Positions 55,772 to 64,000 of a DNA stretch of 64,000 bases are shown one piece after another. The first letter of the stretch is position 1; every line of letters begins with the position of its first letter. The stretch is taken from NCBI GenBank assembly GCA_002633005.1, contig NMRA01000045.1:1109552-1173551 (forward strand), read 5' to 3'. The stretch comes from Phoronis australis (Eukaryota; Animalia; Phoronida). Position numbers and translations under genes: made by a program. The notes under the pieces were generated by a model. That model was not told where the DNA came from, ran no database searches, and saw nothing but the letters and a program-made list of their open reading frames with translations.

Positions 55772-55942
55772 CGTTTTTCCATCAAAAAGTGGTTAATACC
55801 TGTAGAAGTTTTTGACATCTGTCCTTCCTGATGTCTTCTTCAGTGCATACTAGCCCCACCGAATATGCACTGAGGAAGACATCAGGAAGGGAAGACGTCG
55901 AAAATTACCGCAGGTATTTACCACTTTTTAGACGAAAAAACG
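55772..55942. repeat. Long inverted repeat (~80-bp arms), possibly an inverted Penelope-like terminal remnant
   Basis: CCTTCCTGATGTCTTCTTCAGTGCATA / TATGCACTGAGGAAGACATCAGGAAGG, plus outer arms AAAAAGTGGTTAATACCTG / CAGGTATTTACCACTTTTT. Confidence 0.85.
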
Positions 55943-58600
55943 ACGTTTCCTGTGTCAATGGATACTTAGTTTGTTATTCAGGATCAATTTTTCAAAAAAG
56001 AGGGTTCAGCACAGTCTTGATTAATCATTGATTCAGATATTTTGCATTTTGGTTCTTGTCAAACTACAAATTTGCAAAACAAAGTGGGGATCAACGAATT
56101 CGCTTTTTCCGTAACAGCTACAACTCCGGAAGAAATGTGAAACTTAATGGATAACTGAAAACTTGCCTCTAATTAAATTAGTGATTGAAATCCTTCTAAA
56201 ACCGAATTAATTTTGTTGAATAATCTCAGTTTCATGAGCCGAGCCGGGAGACTGGTATGTAAACAAGTACAAAATGGATAACACAAATGGAGTTGGGGTG
56301 TTAAATCACATTGTTATAATAAGATTGAAACATTGAAATGTCAAGTTACGTATTAAATTAAGGAATTTGGGTGAGGATTTAGCTCTGTTAACTTGTTGTG
56401 TTCCTGAACACAAAATCACAGAGGCATGAGGCGACTTGGAGCATCCGTTCACAACGGTCGTAAGCATGCAGATGCACAACTCCCTCAGGATCAAAACTAT
56501 GTTTTGTCTTCGTCTTCCTCAACATCTTTCTATGAAATCTATACCTTGTTGACTCAATATTATGGCGACTCGGTGAATGAAAGGACTGAGGGTACACACA
56601 AAGCTTCTCTGTGCCTGGCTGCTGGGAGATTTCATTTCAGTGACAGCCCTGTAATCTTTGACCTCGGATAAGTAGTAAACAAATTTCAATGCAGTGGTCC
56701 GATTCCAAACTAGTTCTCCTAAATCTATTTTTCTCGCTCCATGGGATATAATTTGTTTATTTAAATTTTCTCGAAAATGAAAATGAGGTATTTTTCTGGA
56801 CATATGTGAAATATTGTAAAAACGGCTAATTTTTGGGAATAAAGTTTGAGATATGTCCTTAATTTTATTTTGATTATAGTATATTCGTTGGACTGTAAAA
56901 TAAGTGAAGTTGATGAGAAGAAGACGAGGAGTCGAGGACCACTCCGTGTGAAGTAGTTTCTAAACATGTTATCCATTTTCCAATGACAAATCATGTTCAA
57001 CAACATTATAAATGTTTAATGATTGAGAAAATATACTGTTTCTCCAATCCTGGATGCCACGATCACACTTCAAGCATAATGGATGAAATTCACTTATGAA
57101 TGTGGCAGCACCACCTTGTTTTACCCAAACAACTCCAAACCAATACAAAAATAACCATTTTTTGACACTTAGAGCCCAACGACACTTATTTTGCTCAGTC
57201 AATTAATATTGCACACTAATAATAATGGCTAAGCGTTTTGACAATGTTTCACCACTATTTTAAAAATCCATAGTGATAGATGTTCTCTAGTAGTGACTCT
57301 ACCAAGCTCTCCTCTCATTGCAACGTTTTGTGACACGCTGATCAAGTCACACCTCATATCTGCGAAATTTTACTAAACTAAAGAACGACAAATAATGCTT
57401 TAACTTGTTACACACTGACGTACATAATGATGCAACAGATGTCAAGAACAGCTCTGAAAAGCATGTAAACAAAGTTGGCAGGAAATGATTCCGGTTATGA
57501 ATATATCTTCCAGAGTGACAAATGCATAATTAATTAGAGCCCGAATTAATTTAATTAACTTCCAAAATTATCTTGCAGTGCTCGATGCTTAGCTTGATGC
57601 AAACTCGCCAACAGAAAATCTGAGGTCGCCAAAACTCGCTGATCGAAAAAAACGTGCGCCGTTCTCCCTATTATACGTCTTCCATTTCTCGTTTGTAAAT
57701 ATACACCATTCAATCTCTTATTCCATTCCTCCCGTCACTGGAGAATGCAGACAGTCTGATAAACTGGAAGTGCATGTTCCATGGTCCAAACTTGCTTGAT
57801 TTTTGCCACACAATTCAGACTTCCGTCTAGTTTACTTCCTGTTATAATTTAGGTGCGTTTGATGTGTGCTGACTGCTGAGGGTGGCGAATGTGCTGATTT
57901 CACGAAATAAGCGGAACAATTGTGAACCAAAGTATTGAATCTATGAAAAATGTTATTAATTTAAAGTTTGGAAGTCATCAAAAATTTTGAAATGGATTTC
58001 GAGAGAATTATTGTCTGACTTTGATATTCACTGTGGCAACTTCCTGGCGACTTGGAGTTTTCCCAGGTCACCAAACACAATCTAAAGTCACACAAACAAG
58101 CTGCAGGTTGACAAATCGTGCACTGTCTTGGATGACCATAATCGTAATTTAACTCGAAATGACACTAAAAACGGTATCTCTTGTGAAAATACCGACAATT
58201 GTAAAAATAAAAGGGTACAAAAGTTGGTAACATTTGTGGTGTTTAGAATTATCTTGACAATCATACTCATTATAAGAGAAGTTCATACACCTTGGAAAAA
58301 TATGTAGAAAGTGCATAGCATGCTTTTTGAGATGTTGTGTCAACATTTTCCACGTAAAAACTTTATTATCTCGCTGTGACCTTAAATATCAAGTCAAGGT
58401 CACCACGCTTGCAGATGCTCCACCTACAGGCCAGTACAAAATACGAAGAAAGTCCATGTTCACAGCTTCCTTCTGGAGATATTGCGCCAACAGCAGTTTC
58501 ATATTGAAAATATCCACGTATCTTAAGAAATGTGTGTTTTCCTAGCTAAGTGAATTATTCATGACATGGTCACCATTTATCACTATAATTCAGTAAATAC

Positions 58601-58682
58601 CTCTCAAAGGTGGAATGTTGGACACTACATCATCCTCATCCGACTCCGAAGCTTCGCCAGCTACAATAACACTGCCTTCTGT
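58601..58682 (-). CDS. BLOC1S3: BLOC-1 subunit 3, coding exon 2
   Basis: Acceptor TTTTTATCTTATTTCAG, donor GAG|GTATTT; TEGSVIVAGEASESDEDDVVSNIPPLR. Compare human LRVAGEAAETDSE...LPPL. Confidence 0.9.
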
Positions 58683-60124
58683 CTGAAATAAGATAAAAAC
58701 CATGCTTAAAATAAATTTTAATCTTGGTACTACGATAATGTAGGTCGAAAATTTAATCAGAATACTTCTCAACAAAATATAAAATCTTCAAAAACAATAG
58801 CTCAACGGACTGTAAATTCAAGGATACCAAGAGTCAAGCAGGCTATGATTCAAGACAAGGACAGAATGCCTTAAATCATGAATTACTGGTCAGCCCTCAA
58901 TGGAATAATTGGCTGGGAGTTTGTGAGTTAAAGGAACAGTTCCCATTAGTTAACAAGAGCAGCACTTTAGTGTTGAAACGTACCCACAACTGCACCGCAA
59001 ATGGTGTGCTTCCAAGGGTGTTTATAAGTATCATGAAAATGGTCACTAGTCAGCACAGAAAACAATGAATATGACAACAGTGTTATTGTCTTTTTAATAT
59101 ACATGTATTTAACTAAACTCAAAATTTCACTGAGGTGTAATCGTAAACAGCTGCTCGCCAACTTTAGTTTACATCAGCCGAGTATCCAATATGGGCATAA
59201 AATGATTCACCAGTAAAACGTGATTTCCAGAAAAAAAGTTATTCAGCAACTTCTAATAACCACACATTTTTAATTGTCTCCTGTGCACCATTAGGCGTAG
59301 AAAAGGAAACGTAAAGCCGCTTCGTTGCTCATGGCCAGCGAGATTTCCTTTGATGTCACCCATGACTACCGACTTTCCTGACAGTTATCCCAGTACTTAA
59401 AGTGAAAGGGTAGTATAGTACAATGCTGAGCGTGTTGGGTTCGTTTACTTAGGTTACAAACCACACAGCTGCCTGGCAGTAATGAAAAATCATTTTGACT
59501 TGATTTTGCTTTTCCGTGTTTAAAAGTTTGTATAATTATGGAAAACCTTGAAATTTTGTTTTTGAAGCACAAAAAACTGTCCCAAGAAAAATAACCTTAC
59601 ACTATTTTGATGTGACCTGTTTCATAGAAAATGTATTGCTCTGGGTTGAGTAATTCCTGTCAAGACATGAGTGTTCCAAAACAGACGGCTTAATTAATAA
59701 GGGCTCAAACATAATTGATACAACTTGATCCCCATCACAGGGTAACTGAATTCCAATATTTCGCCTAATGGAGAATTTTGCTTTTAAATACATTTTCTGT
59801 GCAAGAAACCTGCTGATTTACATGACAGGTAATAGTCAAATGTTTTCATAACAAAACGTTGTGGCCAATGGCAAAGTGGGGTGTACACAGGGACAGGGAA
59901 ATTGGAATCGTTTGGCAGAAATCAGGAGGACGCATTATGAGTCATGTACAGGTTTTTCACGTCAAGTATCTCGTTTACTTCATTGTCGGTTCTATTCGTT
60001 AGTTTTAGGGATCAGGCAGTAGTCAAAATTTTTGCAACCCTGATCATGCTGATGTCGATGATCTACATCTATACGACTATCGCCATCGGGAATTTCCTTG
60101 TTTTCCTGGCATGGTGGACCACTT

Positions 60125-60413
60125 CAGGGGCGGATTCAGGATTTTGACATGGGGGGCAGGGCACAGGAACAAAAAAACAGAATTTTGGCAGCGCGCGCCC
60201 ACCCTAAAATGTAGGAATGCAGGGGTCTCGAATTTTTGGGTTTGTGGACCTTTTTTTGACTAAAAAAATGGTAAACGGGGTTTGTTCAGGCCCTATGCAT
60301 TGCTTATTCACCCCTCCGAGCGCCCCTGGATACGTGCATGTGCTAGTTAAATGGTATCTGCTAGAATTTTAGGGGGGGTCATGGCCCCCTTGCCCCCCCT
60401 AAATCCGCCACTG
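60125..60413 (+). mobile_element. hAT-like MITE (with an internal insertion) close to a BLOC1S3 splice donor
   Basis: CAGGGGCGGATTCAGG...TAAATCCGCCACTG with a perfect 5-bp TSD CACTT. Confidence 0.9.
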
Positions 60414-60429
60414 CACTTGGTGCACTCAC

Positions 60430-60531
60430 TGTTGTTTTGTCACTTGCACGATCAGTTATTGAGCAGATCTCCTCGTCATCTGATTCGGATGCTTCTCCTT
60501 GAACCACAGTCAGAATGTGGCCTTGATCCAT
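60430..60531 (-). CDS. BLOC1S3: BLOC-1 subunit 3, coding exon 1
   Basis: Acceptor TTTTCTTATTCCCTAG at 60561, Kozak CACCATGG, MDQGHILTVVQGEASESDDEEICSITDRASDKTT, donor GTGAGT. Compare human TVVPGEATETDSE. Spliced CDS is 591 nt, 196 aa. Confidence 0.9.
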
Positions 60532-61237
60532 GGTGTAAACAACAACACACCAGCACCACACTAGGGAATAAGAAAACCTTCTTTGTACGACGTCATGTGA
60601 CTGATCCGGAAAATATAATAACGAATATTTTTCCTCTGAATATTTTTTCAGTGTGGTGAGCTAAACTGTTACAGGAATAACCTAAGTGGAAGTTTTTAAG
60701 GAGAATTTGTTATAAATATGCGAAATCTAGCTCAGAGAAGATAAATGTTTTCATTTTTTTTAATTCGAAATAGACAAGTATTGTCACTTCCGGATCCGCA
60801 TTTTGTTTTCCTCTGGAAACGTTTTCTTTGGAAATAATGCCCTCATATTCCAGAGAAAAACAGAAAAAGAGACACCATTCGACGGCACATTCAGAAAGTC
60901 CTGAACCTAGGAAAGAGCGCCGACAAAAAACTAGAGTGAGTTTTTATTTTTTTACCTGCTTGTGGCTCGAGCACGACTGTACGCACCTCTGTCTCTGACT
61001 TGGCTTATCGACATTGATATCTATCATTGTACAAAATTGCCAAAAGGCAGCAGGGTTGCGTTTAGTCAATCTAAATTGTCTCAATAGCTGGTCTTCAAAT
61101 CTTCGTCTAAATTGTTTTTAACATACAAGTTGTTAGTTTATTTTTATTTTCCAAATCTTTGAACTTTTACACATACAAAATTAAGTTTACATAAGCGTTT
61201 AAGCCAAGGCTACGTGTAGGCAATTACCTCTCCCTGG

Positions 61238-61846
61238 ATGCCGCAGGCATACGTGGGTGATAGTACATCCCCCCAAAAAGTTATGAATTTCAAAATAAAG
61301 GAAATAAAATCAATTGAAACATGTATATGTGCACGTGGAGTTATAATTAACACATGTCATAAGTCTGTAGGCAATTCAGTCAAGATAATTTGAACAAATC
61401 GGTGAAAATCTGTCGCAGTTTGCTCGAGTTTCTCTTACCGGTTGCCATTTTGAGGAAGTTACGTGAAATCACACATTTTGACGAATAAAAAGTCCAAGGG
61501 ACGCAAATCTTACAAATTTCACCTGATACCTTCCCATGCTATTTTGCAAGTGTCTCGCGCTAGCCTTTGCCTAACTCACGTGACTCAGTTGAAATACTTT
61601 ATGGTTATCGCCCGTGTGGTGAAAAAATTAACGATCACCAAAAAGTGGAGATTGAATTCTTCACCAAAGTTACCTTAACTGTCGTAGCTGCATGTCATTG
61701 AAGATATGGGTAGAAGTAGAAAGGAACACTGAAGAAAGTAAGTGCTTATTTAAATAATAGTTTTAAGTGTGGAATGCATTTTTATTTTTGACGAGGTGAA
61801 AACTCGATTGGTGAACGGATTTGGTGTACCGCCGGTTTAAAATACA
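61238..61846 (+). repeat. Dispersed ~600-bp repeat, copy 2 (copy 1 at 10321-10925)
   Basis: Collinear with 10321-10925. Followed by hairpin GTAGCCCCT...AGGGGCTAC and flanked by GTAGGCAA/TTGCCTAC. Confidence 0.85.
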
Positions 61847-61989
61847 TGGGATAAAATTCATACAGAAATCGATGGGAAGTTTTGTAGCCCCTAACCGGCC
61901 AATTGAGGGGCTACGTGTTGCCTACCATAGCCTAAGCCCTAGGGAGGATGTCGATGTCTTTTATTCCTTCCCACTCGAACAAATGCTCC

Positions 61990-62320
61990 CGTGATCAAAC
62001 TTTTTCTTCGAGCAGTCATTCATTCAGTTGTCTAAATTAGCAACTGTCCATTTTTAACTCTGCGCGCACTCCTGGTGGACGTGGTAAAAGTAGGAGAGGG
62101 ATTGATTATGGGAGTATTTGTTTGAATTATAATGAATTAAAGACATCGACGGCCTCTTAAAGTGATCTTCTATGAACAAAAGATTAACATAGCAACGGGA
62201 CTTTGATATTTTAATCAGTGAGAGGCATGGTAATTCACCGAAAAGCTTCCGGCTCTTATAGGAGCTTCACTGTCTCTACTGGGGCCAACTAGAGACGGTG
62301 GTCACTCTCTACCTAGCCTT
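61990..62320. mobile_element. Partial copy of the foldback element at 2680-3210
   Basis: ATCAAACTTTTTCTTCGAGCAGTC, GAATTAAAGACATCGACGG and GAGACGGTGGT match the arms of the 2.7-3.2 kb element. Confidence 0.65.
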
Positions 62321-62993
62321 AGTCTTGTCATTGGACAACAGTACACCCCTCCACTTTATTATAGGCAACACATAAGCCCTTTGCTAGCCTTACAGGGGAC
62401 ATAATACTCCCCATCGGTTCATGTACTGATCTGTGTATTTTAATCACCAGTTAACCCAAATCCGATCACTAAATGAGTGGGTTTCACCTTGTCACGCATA
62501 CAGTTTACACTTGAAAGTGTCACTTAAAAAGCACTACTTTCATCAGTGATCCTTTTTGTTTCTATACATATCCTCGATGAAGCATGTCTACGGAAACCTT
62601 GTACAAAGGGGTCTGGCCCCCCACAAGCGACGCATAGTTCTCAAGAGCCAAAAATAAAATGTTCAAATGTCGTATGGTCCGGGCAGCATTTTTTAGTGGA
62701 ACCTGAGAAATCTAGACTGGTATGGTCATTTCTCTAACAGTTTGTACCCTAATGTGGGGATTTTTTTCGTTACGTAGGATAAAGGCTTCATTTCCTCTGA
62801 GTAACATAGCCTGATGTTTTTGATTGGACTTGGATGCAAGGTGGCATTGATAGTTATAGATCTATTTCCGTCATCTTCATCGCCATTGCATTTTATATCA
62901 GTTACCATTTATAGTCGTCTTCTAATTGACTTATGGGCAGGATTATGACTGATGGCTTAACTGACCAACCAGAATGCAGCATTCTTGACACAC

Positions 62994-63112
62994 CTTTGTC
63001 TGCGTTTCCAAGCCGCCATTTTCCCCAATAAACAACACGTCGGTAATGCTTATTTTAGTCTATAGCTCATAATATTGTGCGATAAGAGTGGTGAAACGGT
63101 GTTGATATGGCG
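62994..63112. promoter_or_regulatory. Probable bidirectional promoter, including a candidate non-coding first exon of BLOC1S3 (62994 to ~63030, - strand)
   Basis: Divergent YY1-type motifs: AAAATGGCGG on - (63022-63013), followed by donor AAG|GTGTGT at 62993, and GATATGGCG on + (63104-63112). Confidence 0.5.
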
Positions 63113-63186
63113 TCTGTAATTCTGACAGCTGTTATACAGCTCGAGGAGAACATACCGTCATTTTTGGACATTCTACTAGCCGAAAG
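63107..63186 (+). CDS. Candidate first exon of an unidentified divergent gene
   Basis: ATGGCG start, open frame MASVILTAVIQLEENIPSFLDILLAE, donor AAG|GTGATG at 63187. No matching second exon found in the window. Confidence 0.4.
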
Positions 63187-64000
63187 GTGATGTAGCCTGT
63201 GTAAACGATGGATTGCCAAACTGTGTGGACGGCCACACAAGCAGCTAAACTTGACAATGTTGCTGGATTACTCGAAGGTTAAACACAAATATGTTTGTTC
63301 CAAGATACGTACTTTTCAGTTTGGTGGCTATTGTGTAGGCCTATCTGATTTTGACTCCGGAGTTTCACTCACCTTTGTTTCGGCACCTGCTGGATAACAG
63401 CACTAGTCTTGCTGTTGTTGTTTTTAATTACATCATTTAAGTTTTCATTTATTTCGACCTGTAATGGACATCGTTCTGTTTCATAGCAGAGGTACATTTT
63501 GTTATTCAACCCCTAGGCTGACTTTCAACTGAACTTCTAACCAAAATTGACAGATTGGATCGGCACATGCAGAGAGGGGCACTACTGAACTCAAAGCTTT
63601 GTCCAAGCTATTGTCACGAAAAAATAAACAGTTGAATTATGTTTTGTTGAAAACCTCTAATATACAATGTGTGTAGAGTTAGAGAGAGCTCGTTTTGTAG
63701 TTGTTCAAACATGACACTTGGATTTATGAAGCTTTAAAAACAATTTCAGTTATTTTTGTAAATGGCCACTTTTTGCCACTACACCATATTTATCATCATT
63801 TGTTACCATACCACAGCTTAATGATCATGCTATGTTTAAAAATAAATGAAAGGTACCTTGATGTAATGAAACTACAAAAAATGTGAAATTCATCAGAAGG
63901 TTGGCCTAACTGTCTCAAGAGCACTGAATTACGGTCAATTCCATGCATTCATTTGACTTGGACACAGCCCTAGATCTACCAGAGCTAACTGCTTGTCTAA

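Noticed and set aside
56639-56645. In-frame TGA after GCH as possible selenocysteine
   Set aside because: No recognisable selenoprotein family or SECIS element; the surrounding frames are otherwise disrupted.
62726-62908. 60-aa minus-strand ORF as an N-terminal extension of BLOC1S3
   Set aside because: Its plausible donor (TAC|GTAACG) is phase 0, whereas an in-frame join to the 60560 acceptor needs phase 1. It shows no similarity to known BLOC1S3 N-termini.

Overview
This is AT-rich, repeat-dense, intron-containing animal DNA. The repeat types suggest a marine invertebrate, possibly an ambulacrarian such as an acorn worm (inference). The supplied ORF track is mostly noise, so I rebuilt the real genes by hand from splice sites. 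(1) On the + strand, 4214-4330 is a C-terminal exon of a receptor-type guanylyl cyclase (GKGTLATYWLHGKKGF). (2) On the - strand, 60531-32623 is a complete BLOC1S3 (BLOC-1 subunit 3) orthologue: 6 coding exons, 196 aa, a 20-nt micro-exon and a ~22.5 kb intron. (3) Nested antisense in that intron is a complete 3-exon gene with its own CCAAT/TATA promoter. It encodes a 119-aa secreted precursor with a mirror-symmetric six-cysteine core (C-x6-C-x3-C-x16-C-x3-C-x6-C) followed by dibasic/furin sites. I do not recognise its family, and it is the best novelty candidate. (4) A probable bidirectional promoter lies near 63.0-63.1 kb, with the start of a divergent + strand gene. The rest is transposon debris: a decayed hAT transposase, six hAT-like MITEs with 5-bp TSDs, tRNA-derived SINEs, a decayed LINE reverse transcriptase, foldback elements, Helentron-like tandem elements and a minisatellite. 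A 383-bp duplication across an N is probably an assembly artefact. All gene models come from sequence reading only; no database search was run.
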